Assembly (NCBI RefSeq): GCF_009914755.1
Contig: NC_060947.1
Reading direction: 5' to 3' (one strand)
DNA length: 64,000 bases
DNA from: the human T2T-CHM13v2.0 reference genome, Homo sapiens
Shown here: piece by piece, positions 27,477 to 40,614 of the stretch
Layout of the letters: the number at the start of each line of letters is the position of its first letter
How positions within the stretch are numbered: position 1 is the first letter of the stretch
The notes under the pieces: generated by a model
The model's database searches: none
Seen by the model: only the letters and a program-made list of their open reading frames with translations
Told to the model about the DNA's origin: nothing
Made by a program: the position numbers and the translations under genes

Positions 27477-27870
27477 TAATGAATGGATAAAGAAAATGTG
27501 GTATATATACCCCATGAAATACTACTCATCTATAAAAAGGAATGAAATAATGTCTTTTGCAGCAACTTGGATGGAGCTGAAGGTCATTATTCTAAGTGAA
27601 GTAACACAGGAGTGGAAAACAAAAAATTGTATGTTCTCATAAGTGAAGCTAAACTATGAGTATGCAAAGGTATACAGAGTGATATAATGGACTTTAGAGC
27701 CTCAGAAGGGGAAGGGTGGGAGAGGAGCTAGGGATAAAAACAACATATTAGGTACAATGGACACTACTCAGGTGACGGGGGCACTAAAATCTCAGAATTC
27801 ATCACTATACAATTCATCTGTGTTACAAAAAATCCACTTGTACCCCAAAAGCTATGAAAATAAAATTTTT
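27477..27870 (+). mobile_element. L1PB-type 3' end (~400 bp, 5'-truncated)
   Basis: gaatggataaagaaaatgtggtatatata...gcagcaacttggatggagctg...ccacttgtaccccaaaagctatgaaaataaa. TSD-like ...aaaca(t)agagaa on both sides. Confidence 0.85.
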
Positions 27871-30694
27871 TTTAAAAACAGAGAAATCTTGATCCAGTTT
27901 TCCCAGACCACCACGACCACTGTGAGATGACCATATTTAGGAAAATAAATGCATGGAATTCTTAACATAACATTAGCCCCAGGGGAACTGTGCTCTTCCT
28001 CTTTACTTACTGCAGCTGAGAGCCAAGGGAGGCCTGAATACAACTGTGAAGAGGGGGAAGCTGGGCCAGTGCTATCAACCTGTGCTCATGTGGGAGTGGA
28101 GAAACAGCTGATGGTGGCAGTACCAGTTTTGAGCACCTACTACGTGCCAGGAACTCCACCAACTGATTACACAGCTACCTTGTTCAGCCTACAAAATAAA
28201 CCTGATTCTTCTTTGCAGAAGGAGCCAGGCATGAGGTGGCAGATGAAGCAGGAGCCATTGCAGGTGTCCTCCTGCAGATCACCCTGTCCCTCAGCTTCCC
28301 CCACTCCCGGGTCCCGGTAGAATTCAAGAAGGCCCAACATGCCTGGAAACAGGAATGCACTGATGGATAACGTCAGATATAGTCCATCCCAGAGTACAAA
28401 GTCCCCAGACGGCCAGAGTCTCCATCCTTGGCTTTGTGGGACTCAGCATGTGCTCGGGATGCTGGCATGATACCAGAATACAAAAATTCGGGAATCCAGA
28501 TACCTGAGCTCCCTGCTCTGTGTCAGGGCTTGAATTTAGAAATGAGAAACAATGGGAAGGGATCCAGAGCTAAAATTGCCCACTCTGTAAAGCACTCTTG
28601 TTTGTCAGGGTGTTGGAATGCAAGTGTATTGGGCTGTCTCCAGGGCCACGCTGCTTTGCTGCCTAGACAACAGCTGTCAGCTATTCTCCTGTGCCCTGTT
28701 CTCCTGTATGGGGACATTTGTGAGAATGATGGGGAAGGTATGGCAACCAGCTGAAAAGTCATTCTCTAGCTACCCCACGTAACTTTTATACCCAGACCAA
28801 AAATGACATGGAAGCAAAACCTCTAGTTTACATTTGGGAAGGGCACATCTTGGCTGGTGTGGGGATGATACACCAAATATCTCCCTTGTGTCACCCTAAG
28901 TCCAGACTGAGGAACATGTGATGTTTACGCCTTGCTGTGACCCATTTATAGCTGTGTAACTCATAGTTGCCGTGGCCCCACTTACATCATGTGGGAAATG
29001 GAGTCCACTCAACACTTGTCTGCATTTTGTCCTTTAACCAGACACTCAGGGGCAGTGCAATGATTACTTCCTCCTATGTGGTGCTAAATCATAGAGCCAT
29101 AAACACAGTGACACTCGAAAGTACTTGAGAGAAGGCAGTGGCTCATGGTCTGGTTCCATATGCAATGGCCAACCATGCACCCAGAGCAAACTGGTTAAAG
29201 CTCTGGAGTTCCTTAGAGGGCATCAGAAATAAGACAAACGCCTGGCATTTGTAAAGTCTTCTAGAGTTTACAGAGCACATTCACACATATTGTCCCTTTT
29301 ACTCATCAGGACCACACCCTAAGGAAGGTGGTGCAAGCTACAACTAAGGCTTGTAAGGAACAACACACACCCAAGCTCAGAGAGGCGCTCAGCCTAGAAT
29401 TGCACCCAAACAACTCCAAACCCAAAACTCTTTCTTTTTTCCCAAACAGATACTTGTAAAGTCAGAGAAACAAAACTCTAAGTAAAAATTAGGAACATTT
29501 TTTCCTAAATTGTGAAACATCCACCAAAGTTGCCTTTGCAACTCATGAAGCCTTCGGTGGTTAAAATGAAAATTGAAATCCTTCTAACAATAATTATATA
29601 AAAACGGAAGAAGAGGAAGACATAAAGACCAGAACATTTGCCTTGGTCAAATCCTGCACCTGAAATCCAGATTAAAGTAGCGTTAAGTGCAGGACCGGGA
29701 TAATTCGAGTGACCATAAGGAAAAGGCAAATTGCATATCCAGGTTGAATCTCATTAAAATATTTTTTATTAATCCTATTGTATTGAGAGTTTGTTATATT
29801 GGATATCAACTCAGAGTTAGGGGCTGGCAACTGAGATACATTTGTTTGGTGAGATCTTGGTGGGGAAAGGGGCATCATCAAAGACCAGTCACCACAGGCA
29901 GCTCCAGATTTTGTGGGAAATTTCTCTTCATCCATCAGAACCCAGTCCTCCCTGTCTCTAAAGGGGCCACCGACTTCATTGGAGAAATATTGACCCAAGA
30001 TTTCCCTACCAAGGCAGAGTTCAATAACATCTAGAAGTAGACAAAGTGATAAATAAGTCAAGGAGACTGCTGTCTTAACCAAGAGGTTCTCAGCTTTTCC
30101 AAAGATGACAACATCTTTCTATATTGTTTATGCCTTGGCATTCAAGGCATAGAGACAATGGTGATTGTATCAGAAGTACCAAGAATCCTCCTACAACTGT
30201 CCAGCAATGATCTGTGGCAGCCAGGGGTTCTGGAGCAACCAAATGGAAAACTAATTTTTTTGGCATTTAACTAACAGAACATGTGAAACAAATGTAGGCC
30301 TCCCTGCCTTCTTCCCATAATGCATACCTGGAAAGCACATTGTCATAGTGATCACCTTAAAGCTGATTGATTGATTGTTTTCACAGTCACAATGATGGTA
30401 ATGAGTGGTCCAAAGACTCAGTAGTCAGATAAAAGGATGGCCTTTGATGTATTATGAGGCAAAGATATGACTATAAGGCTTTATAATCTTTTAAAATAGT
30501 AAAACTTTTTCAAAGACGAATGGAACTAGAGTTTTGGTATTGCTCCTCATTTTAGAAATTAGGAAATTCAGATCCAGAGGGGTTGAGTCACTTGTCCAGG
30601 ATCACACAGCTAGCTATCGGCTGATCCAGGATGAGGTTTGGAGCTCTTTCTGCTACACTAAATTCTTTTGCAAAACTTGTAAAATTAGCATACA

Positions 30695-31060
30695 TGTATT
30701 AGTCTGTTCTCACACTGCTAATAAAGACATACTCAAGACTGTGTAATTTATAAAGAAAAAGAGGTTTGATGGACTCACAGTTCCACATGGCTGGGGAGGC
30801 CTCACAATCATGGTGGAAGGCAAAGGAGGAGCAAAGTCATGTCTTACATGGCATCAAGCAAGCAAGAGAGAGCATGTGCAGGGGAACTCCCCTTTATCAA
30901 ACCATGAGATCTCATGAGACTTATTCACTATCACGAGAACAACATGAGAAAGACCCGCCCCCATGATTCGATTATCTCCCACTGGGTCCCTCCCATGACA
31001 CATGTGAATTATGGGAGCTACAATTCAAGATTTGGGTAGGGACACAACCAAACCATATCA
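30695..31060 (-). mobile_element. THE1B-like MaLR solo LTR
   Basis: tgtattagtctgttctcacactgctaataaagacatac ... aaaccatatca. Confidence 0.92.
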
Positions 31061-32566
31061 ATAAGTAATCTGTACACATTGACAGTACATTAGAGGCACA
31101 CATTAACAACTGATACACAGAAATATACCTGTAGTGTACCAAAAAGTTTACTTAACAAATATTCATGCATTTGTTCTAATGAACACCAAAATTTCACTTA
31201 AAAATATGTCTTGCCTTCTCAGAATCTAGCAGTGTTTCTAAAAATACTTTATATAGAGTAAAATGCACAAATCTTAAGTGAACTTGATGAATTTTTTTAC
31301 CATGTATATATCCATGTAAGGCCTTTATTTTTACATAGCTCTTAAATACTACTGTATAAACCAACAAATCCACAGGGTTTTGTTCATTTGAGAAATACTA
31401 GTTTCAAGAGATAATAAAACAAGTTTTCCTTTGAAAAGAAAGGGAGAGGAAAAGGGGGGAAAAGGAAACCATCAATCATGAGATAAGTTGAGAAATACTG
31501 GGTTAAGCAAAGATAAACCACCTTCTTAGTTTAAGGGCTCCTTGGAACTTTAAATATACAAATATATAGTGTGTGTGTTAGGTGTGGGGACCAGGACCAT
31601 TGTATCATTTTCAAAATTTACTCAATCATTGAAGCATTTTTCCAGTTTTATACTGTATAAATTATTTATCATTCATTATATCACAAATAGTATCCATAGT
31701 ATTTCATCAGGTGGCTGCACCAGAGTTTGCTTAATTGGAATCCTATTATTGGACATTTAGGTTCTTAATCAATTTTGCTACCATAAATGAACACAACCTT
31801 TTCCATGTGAACATTTTCTTTAGAATGGACTTCCATCAAGACACAACTGGGTTGGAAGAGATACAAATCCACAGTGACTGGGAATTTCTCCATTTATTAA
31901 CCCCCCCACCCTCATCATTTATACTGCTGTGTGCCTGCTATACAGAAGATACTTAATATTTTTTGAGATTGTGCATATGTCTTTTTCACGATCACTTTCC
32001 TATTCATCTTTGTGGATTTTCTTAAACGAAAATCAGTAACTGTTTTCTTGAACATTCCTTTGATTTCTACTGAAGCTGCATATTTTCTTAGGCTTCTCTA
32101 CCAATTATACATCCACTTTTGTGAATTGTGAGTTCATTTCCTTTGTCTATTAAGGTGTTAGCATTTTGCTTTCCAATTTACATGGGCTCTTTACATAATT
32201 ATACATTTCATGCAAAACAATTTTCTTGATAGAGTTTGCTATTTAATGTTTGTTTGTTTGTTTTTTCAAGTACCTTTTTTTTAATTATTGAGAATTTGAG
32301 GGATGATTTTGATGGCTCTTCTTTAAAAAGCTGCCGGGGGAAGTTTAAATCAATGCCTTCATTTTTTCCTCTAAATCATTCCAACTATTATTTTAAAAGC
32401 TACTTATATCCAAATCTTACCTTTTGAAGCTATCATCAAATGATTTAATTTTATAATGTTAAAAGAGATAAGAGGTCAAATAAAGAAGGATGTTTATGGA
32501 AAGGAAGAAAGCATAATTGATTTGGAGATTTGAGATCTTGTTTATAGGCTGTTGTAACTCACTCTG

Positions 32567-32569
<3 letters not shown>

Positions 32570-32615
<46 letters not shown>

Positions 32616-32634
32616 CGCGCGCGCGCTCGCGCGC
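32570..32634. repeat. (TG)20 microsatellite fused to a (CG)n-rich tract
   Basis: Read directly: (TG)20 at 32570-32609, then cgcgcacgcgcgcgcgctcgcgcgc. Confidence 0.97.
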
Positions 32635-32654
32635 TGGTGGGGGGTTAAACCACC

Positions 32655-33245
32655 TAGAATGGGTGTTCAAACGTGGCTGCACATTAAATCTCCTGGAGGG
32701 AGTTTTTTTAACCATCCCAAAGCCCAGGCTGCCCCAAACCAATTACATCAGAGTCTCTGGAAGTGCGATCAGTAATTTGTAAAGCTCCCCAGGTCTCTGA
32801 TGTGCAGACAAGATTGAGAACCACAGCCTAGGAGGGCTTCTCAGTATTTAACATCCATATGAATCCCTGGGGATCCTGTTAAACTGCAGATTCTGACTCA
32901 GGAGGTCTGGGGAGAGGCCTGAGACCACATATATCTAGTAACTACCCAGGGGATGCTGTTGCTATTGGTCCATGGACCACTTGAAAATGAAGTTTCTAAA
33001 CTAGTAGTTTTCAATAGAGGGAGAGAATGATTTTTGCCCCCCACCCCGTGGTGGGCATTTGGCACTATGTGAAGACATTTTTTGGTTATTACAATCAGGA
33101 AGGAGAGGGTACTACTGGCATTTGGTGAGTAGAGGCCAGGGATGCTGCTAACTATCCTAGAATGCCCAGAACGGCCCCAGTAACAGAGTTGCCTGGCCCA
33201 ATTGTCAATAGTGCTGAGGTGGAAAAAAACAAATGCTGGTTTAGA
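32655..33245. mobile_element. Three adjacent hAT-Charlie MITEs (two MER5-like, one MER20-like)
   Basis: MER5-like units at ~32660-32827 and ~32835-32995 (gcagattctgactcaggaggtctgggg). MER20-like unit at ~33003-33240 (tactggcatttggtgagtagaggccagggatgctgctaa). Confidence 0.7.
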
Positions 33246-34219
33246 GACAGCTGTTTCTGATGAAAGAAAATGATCTCAAACCTGAGCTAGAACAGAGCTT
33301 TGTGCACTGGTGTGTTAAGTGGTCCCTTCTGGGAAGTATTGCTGATAAAACATATTAGTAATTTTCTAATCAACTTCAATGAGATTAAGAGCCCCTTCTG
33401 GGAGATCTGATATACCTGCCTCACTAAAGTCACCTTGTAACAGAGTTTACTGATCACTTATACCTCGTCTCACAGTGTTATCTAACCACATGTTTTCCTA
33501 TTCCAAGTTTTAGAACTGGATTTTTGAAGCCTCTTTAAGCAACTTTGAAATAAAGCTTTGACATGTGTTTCCAATCAATTCATCAGAGAAATTGCTTTTA
33601 CACCCTTTGCCTTGCCAGTCTCCAGGCTGGTTCCAAGGTGGGACCCTGTCTCTGCAATCAACAAATGTTTCCTGAGTGTCCACTGTGGAGACATTTTCAC
33701 AGCCCACTCTGCCTTCAAACCCAGCTTTCCTGCTTTCCACTTATGCTACCTTGGGCAACTTACCCAACAACGTGAACCCCAGTGTTCCTAAGGATAGGGA
33801 AATAATATTGTCAAATTCACAGGGTGGTTGGGAGGATAACATGGTAAAGCATTTAGCAGAGTGCCTCTGACATAGTCAACATATACTATTACTATTATTC
33901 AGGGACAAAGATCCACAAAAAGCTTATAAATTAAAACATCCCTTCCTCCTTTTCTATCTTCCAAACAAGATTCAATCTTTGTCATCTTGGCTTCAAGCTC
34001 TTTGTGGTGCTGATGGTCGGGGAGATCTAAATATGCAGAGAGGGAACTGAAAAAAGTGAACTGAGTCTAAATTACATGGAAAAGGGGCTTGGGGACTCAG
34101 TGGAAAATAGGATTTCTTGGAAAGAAAGAAGAGAGATTTGAGGTAAAACGTCTCTAGGATGAGGGAATCTTGGGCCAATGAGAAGATTTTTAGGTAGTTT
34201 TACTGTGTTTTACAATGTA

Positions 34220-34375
34220 AATCTTTTTTTCTTTTTTATTTTATTTGTATAAATTTAAGGAGTACAAATGCAGTTTTGTCACATGGATACATTGCATAGA
34301 AGTGAAGTCTGTGCTTTTAGTGTAACCATCACCAAAAGAGTGTACGCTGTACCTGTTTACAATATAAATCTTTCT
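34220..34375 (-). mobile_element. L1MA-type 3' end fragment
   Basis: tttatttgtataaatttaaggagtacaaatgcagttttgtcacatggatacattgcatag. Confidence 0.75.
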
Positions 34376-34405
34376 TAGGTGAAGATTTACATTCCTTCTG
34401 GGGGC

Positions 34406-34772
34406 TGATATGGTTTGGCTGTGCCCCCACCCAAATCTCATCTTGAATTGTAGTTCCCATAATCCCCACATGTCGTGGGAGGGACCTGGTGGGAGGTAAT
34501 TTAATCATGGGAATGGTTATCCTCATGCTGTTCTCGTGAGAGTGAGTTCTCATGAGATCTGATAGTTTTATAAGGGGCTTTTCCCCCTTTTGCTTGACAC
34601 TTCTCCTTCCTGCATCATGTGAAGAAGGATGTGTTTGCTTGCCCTTCCACCATAATTGAAAGTTTCCTGAGGCCATCCCAGCCATGCTGAACTGTGAGTC
34701 AAACCTCTTTCCTTTATAAATTACCCAGTCTCAAATATGTCTTTATTAACAGCGTAAGAACAGACTAATACA
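34406..34772 (+). mobile_element. THE1C/D MaLR solo LTR
   Basis: TGATATGGTTTGGCTGTG ... CAGACTAATACA. Perfect TSD GGGGC at 34401-34405 and 34773-34777. Confidence 0.93.
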
Positions 34773-34869
34773 GGGGCCATTTTTAGAAATCAATGTATGT
34801 TTCTTTTGGACACAGCTCTGTGCTTAAATATGCTTAAATGGTCTTAAAAGTGGAAAGCAGAATTCCTAG

Positions 34870-35470
34870 TTTTATATGGCCTACATTATATGCTAGAAAA
34901 TGTATTAGGCACTGTGGATACACTAGTGGACAAGTCAGACAAGTTATCCCCCTTCATGGAACTTAAGATCTAGAAGGAAAATCAGACAGAATAAACAATG
35001 GCAATCCAGTCCTCCATTGTGATGGGTGCTGCTATCCTGGGACAAACACAGGAAGCCATGGATGCTTTGCCCAGTTTAAGAGGCAACAGAAAAGTTTTTC
35101 AAAAATAGTATTTAACTGAGACTTGAATGATGGGTAGGAGTTAGCCAGATAATGAATACGGGAGGGAACAAAGATCAAAAAATAATATTCTGAGCATGTG
35201 TAAAGGCCTAGAATCAGCATGGCGCCTCCATCAGCTGGCAGAGGTTCACTAGGATTGGAGCGAGGAATGTCCTGCACAGGCAGAAATGCAAGATGAAAAA
35301 AGCCTGCCAAGTCTGAGACAGTTAACACAGGCCCGAAGGGTCATGGGGAGCCGCTGAAGGATATGCAGCAGGGCAGTGACCCGATCCATTTTGTGGGGTT
35401 TGGTTTTGTATTTTTTGAAAGATCCGCTGATTGCAGGGCTCTGGCAACTGAAAACAAGTGAGAAAAGGCT
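34870..35470 (-). mobile_element. L2 fragment
   Basis: ctacattatatgctag...cttcatggaacttaagatctag...gagacttgaatgatgggtaggagttagccag...gatccatttt pattern. Confidence 0.65.
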
Positions 35471-36542
35471 TTGAGTAGTGAAGTGCACAGGTCACTTTGA
35501 CAGCTGTGGGCCATTAATGCTCCAATTGTTCAGCGAGGTCACCTGTGTGACAGCAACAAGAATACATAGTGGATGAATGAAGTTTGCAAACCTTATTTCA
35601 AGGTGAAAAGAGGGGTCAAACATATGAGAAGATCATAGCACTTGTCCAATGGCTCATGCCTGAGGATTGAGAAGGGAGTCCCTTGTCCATTAGCAAAGGC
35701 CCAGGGGCTCCTCACTGAAGCATTTCAGTTCCAGATCTCAAACTTCCATCGAGGGCTGAGGAAAATTCCCACAGGTTACACAAACATTACTTTGAGCAGT
35801 AAATCCAAGACAACCTGCAAGTGACCACATACTGTTGGGCAAGCAGTGGGAACTCATACTGAGCTCTCTTCTGGCAATTTGCAGTATTTTCTGGGCTGTG
35901 AGGAATTTGAGCTTAAATAAAGCAGAAATGGGCAGTCTCTCGGATCCCCTGGCTTAATTTATTGAACAGGGGAAATAAGCCTTGTGAGGGAGACAGTTCC
36001 ATTCCTAATGATTTAACCATAAATAAAGCCCTGCTATAAATGGAACTGAGGAGAGAAGGTAGCTTGTCAGAGGGCAGAGGAGTGGGCCCCATTAGACAAA
36101 ATAGGTCAGGCGGGGAGAAAGTTGTCATCTCCTGACTAGTTAAGCTGAGCAGACATGACAAGCCTTGTCGTTTTTGAACGGATTGAAAAAGGATAGCGAA
36201 TATACAAGAGGTTGCTTTCTTTTTGTTTCATTTCATAGATGACTATTTCAAAGAGGATCCTGAAAAGGAACTTGATAATATTTAGCACAGTTTTGAGTTG
36301 TGCACTTTAAAACGTGTGTGTATGTTGGCCTGAGTGTGTGTGTGTTTTTAGAAACATAAGTTTTCACAGAAAAAAATTATGTGCTTCTCCTAGGAAGTTA
36401 CTTGGGATTCATTCACTTTCATCTGAGATTAATGGAACTCCAACTCCTGAGGAGAGTTTTCCCTCCCGTTAGTTGGATTGTTCGTAATATCCTGTGCTTT
36501 TTTCTTGTTGTTCTGGGTTTGATCCTCAGAAATCAAAAGAGA

Positions 36543-36873
36543 GGCCGGGCGCAGTGGCTCACGCCTGTAATCCCAGCACTTTGGGATCCAAGGCAGGCAG
36601 ATCACCTGAGGCCAGGAGTTCGAGACCAGCATGGCCAACATGGTGAAACCCCATCTCTACTAAAAATAAAAAATTAGCCGGATGTGGTGACGCACGCCTG
36701 TAATCCCAGCTCCTCCGGAGGCTGAGGCATGAGACTCGCTTGAACCCGGGAGGGGGCGGTTGCAGTGAGCAGAGGTTGTTCCACTGCTTTCCAGCCTGGT
36801 CAATAGAGTGAGATTCCATCAAAAAAAAAAAGAAGAAGAAGAAGAAAAGAAAGAAAGAAAGAAAGAAAGAAAG
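36543..36873 (+). mobile_element. AluS element with A/(AAG)n/(AAAG)n tail
   Basis: ggccgggcgcagtggctcacgcctgtaatcccagc start. The tail has decayed into microsatellite. TSD-like caaaagag. Confidence 0.94.
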
Positions 36874-37347
36874 CAAAAGAGCAGGAAAACCATTGAATGT
36901 GGGAGCAAGCTGAGGAGAGGGAACAGTGTGCAAAAGCTAAGATGTATCACTCAAACAATGGATTTTTAGTTCACTTCTGGATTTGCCTCCCTGTAGAGGT
37001 TCTGCCTTCCTCTCCCTCCTTTTGGAACCCCTCCCCACTAATGACTCAAGGACATGAAGAAAAGACTTTCCTCAGTGCTCACACTATGCACTGTGCTTAT
37101 GTGCTGTCAGGGCTTTCTCTGTTAGAAGCATCAGAGAAACTGGCTTCACATTTGGAAATAATCTTCCTAATCTCCCCAAAGATAAACAACTTTTGGTGTT
37201 TTAAATAAATGTAAGAAATCCTGGGTGGTAAGGATCAGGAGGGGTGAAAGAAAAGCAAATACTGAAATGTCACAGCTATGTGACTTTGAGAATCTCACTT
37301 CTTTGGACCTCGGTTTTATCATCTAAAAAATGAAGGGGGTAGGTGGC

Positions 37348-37853
37348 TATGGTAGGCAGCCTTCAAGATGTCTCCCAATGATTCTTGCCTCCTGGTATTC
37401 ATATCCTTGTATAGTCCCCTTCGACATAGAATAGGGCTGGCTTGTGTAATCAGTAGCATGTTACAAAAATGACAAAGTATGAATTCCAAGGCTAGGCCAT
37501 AAAAGACTTTGCTGCTTCTGCCCTGTTTTTTCTTGAATCACTCACTCCAGGGAGAGTTGACTGCCATGTTGTGAGGGCATTCAAGCAGCCCAATGGGTGG
37601 GTCCACATGGGAAGGCACCAAGGCCTCCTCCTGATAGCAGTCATCACCAATTAGCCAGTGATGTGAGTGAGCCATCCTGGAAGTAGATCCTTCAATCTTA
37701 GTCAACAACTCACTACAACCTCATGAGGGACCCTAGGCTAGAACCACCCAGCTAAGCCATGCTAAATTCCTGATCCACGGAAACTGTGAGACAATATTTA
37801 TTGTTCTTTTAAATTTTGAATAATTTGTTACACAGCCAAAGATAACTAATACA
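37348..37853 (+). mobile_element. MLT1F/E-type MaLR LTR
   Basis: tatggtaggcagccttcaagatgtctcccaatgattcttgcctcctggtattca ... gataactaataca. Confidence 0.8.
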
Positions 37854-39150
37854 GCTGCCTTAGCCCAAGTTCAGCTCTTGTATTTTATGTATCAAGGAAT
37901 AGGCGAATTGATGGAAACCATGAAAAGTTCGTGTTTAGTGTGACATGTCAAAAACTGGATCCTGGCTACAGGGTAGGACCATATTGCTTGGGCATTTATG
38001 AAATGGGGAAGAAAGATAAGTAGCCAGACTCTAGAGAGGTGGCATCCTGAGAACTTATGGATTCAGCTTTGTGGGAGTGGGCAACACAGCTGGCTGACCT
38101 TGAACCAAAGTTTACAGTGCAACTGCTCAGCACCCAGTGATTAGTCCTTAGCATGTCATACCACAAACATAACCCACTTATGTTTATACATGCAGAGACT
38201 GAATTTGTTAAAAGAAACGCCAATGGAATGGGCACTTATTTGGGTTCTCCCTATAATGAGTCATTCCCAAAGGGTGCAAGTGGGATTATCTGAAGGGAAT
38301 AATGGCCCTGGCAGTTTTTAGAGGGAGATGAATTAGATAGGGGTTAAAAATTGCTGAGTTCATAGTTAAACCCAGGTGATTCTCCAGGGTAGGGTACATA
38401 TCTGGAAAGCAGTGAGTATAGAGAGATTGCTGCATTAGGCTGGGTCTTGGTTGGACTAAGTGACATTGATAGTCCCCTAACCTGTAAGAATATGACTCTA
38501 TATATTGCTGGGTAGACACGAGTCACAACCCTGACAAGACAGCACATTTATTAGTGGGAGCTAGAGTATTCTCAGCCCCTTCTGGGCCTAATATGGCTAT
38601 TGTTTGGACTCATATGGCAGTCCTGAACTTAGTATCTCTTTCCCATGTCCTATCCCAAATAGAAGCCATGGCTCACCACTGGTTCACCCTATAAATAAAT
38701 GCACATGTATGCTGCATGACTTTCCAAGAATGCTTGGCTGTTTTCCACCGTTGAATACTTTCATCTCAGCAACATTCAACCAAAGAAATACTTTCCCAAG
38801 CAAGAAAGATTTCAGTCTAGTTCATCAAAGGACGCTCTGAGAAACACCTTATCAGTCCTTCTCAGACCAAGACACACATCAGGATCACCTGAAGATTCTG
38901 TGAAACATACCCATTCCCAGGCCTATCCTGCCACCCTCTAAGAATTAACTGATAGCAAGTGGCACTCAGCAAGTCCAGGTGATTCTAATGTGCACATAAT
39001 CTGCTGAGGACCATAGATCTAACTGTATCCAGCGTTTTGCTGCTGCCTGACTCTGTAACTAAGAAAATTAGAATACAAACGATGGTTCTCACCCAAAGCC
39101 CAAGGCTGGACAACTGAGTTGTTCAGAAACCAGCTTCAGTTCTTCTGTCA

Positions 39151-39478
<328 letters not shown>

Positions 39479-40039
39479 ATAAAGCTGCTTATCAGTCTGC
39501 CAAGTAGCTGTGATCCTTTGGTCCTGTCGTTTCTTGGACTTGAAAAGTGTTCAAATTTGGAAAACCTTTTGTGTTTTACTTCCACTACCTGGACAGCCAC
39601 AGAAGTATACTTGAATGAAAATTATCAAACCCAGCTTTTTTGTCTCAGCATATATTTGAAGCTTGGCAAGGCCTTATTTAGAAATACTTTCATTAGAGAT
39701 TAGAAAAATGACTTCATTATTCCCAGTCATTTCATCCAGGCATCTCTCTGTATTACTTCTTACAACTGCATGTAAATCTAGAACGATCTCAAAAAGTTAA
39801 GAAAAAAAACAGATGATGGGCTGGATTTGGCCTGTTGGTTCTGGTTTTCCAACCCTTGAACTGTAACAGTGTCAGCACTTACTAAACAGCTACAGAAATG
39901 AACATTGTATCAGTAAGGTTAAGTGACTGGGGGGTAAGTTGATGTAGAATTCCTCATCCTTTACATTAGGATTGTCCCTCATAATTTACCCAGCTCATTT
40001 CACCGCCATGGACCTGTCTGCCACATTGAGAGTCAGACT

Positions 40040-40262
40040 GGGGTAATGATTAAAAATCAGACAGCCTGGATTTGACTCCTGGCTGCCCCACTATCTAGTT
40101 GTGTGACCTTGCGGAAAGTCATGTAACTTCTCTGTGCCTCAGTTTTCTCACCTGTAAAATGGAGCTCTTACGTGTATTAACTCACTGACATCTCACAAGG
40201 TAAAGGGCTTGCAATAGTGCCTGACCATTGGAAGCACTATTACAAGCATTTGTGATTATTGC
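40040..40262 (+). mobile_element. MIR
   Basis: Core tgtgtgacctt...aacttctctgtgcctcagttttctcacctgtaaaatgg. Confidence 0.8.
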
Positions 40263-40421
40263 TTCATTGATGCTTAGTATATATAAATTTCAGCAAAGAA
40301 ATCTGACCAAGCTTCTCACTGTACTTTTGGAGACTAGCCTGAAAACTGTGGAGCCGGTGATGGGATAGTTGGGGGACTTCTGAATGTCCAGACCTAAACA
40401 ATCTGATTGATGGCTCTAGGT

Positions 40422-40614
40422 CAGTGGTTCTCAAAGTGTGATCCCAAACTACCACCAGCAGCAGCAGCATTCCCTAAGAACTTGTCAGAAATGCAAACTC
40501 TGGAACCCATCCCAGACCTACTGAATTGAAAACCCTAGGGCTTTGGCCTGGCAATCTCAGTTTCAGCAAGCTGTCTAGATGATTCTGATTCATGTGAAAG
40601 TTTGAGAACCACAG
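40422..40614. mobile_element. MER5A hAT-Charlie MITE
   Basis: TIRs cagtggttctcaaa / tttgagaaccacag. 8-bp TSD ctctagg(t/c). Confidence 0.88.

Noticed and set aside
30787-30799. PRDM9 hotspot motif position in the THE1B-like LTR
   Set aside because: Reads CCTCCCCAGCCAT, the ordinary form, not the hotspot-associated CCTCCCT variant.
32542-32782. CV/HT-repeat ORFs (likewise 45330-45692 and 48458-49204)
   Set aside because: Artefacts of stop-free simple repeats.
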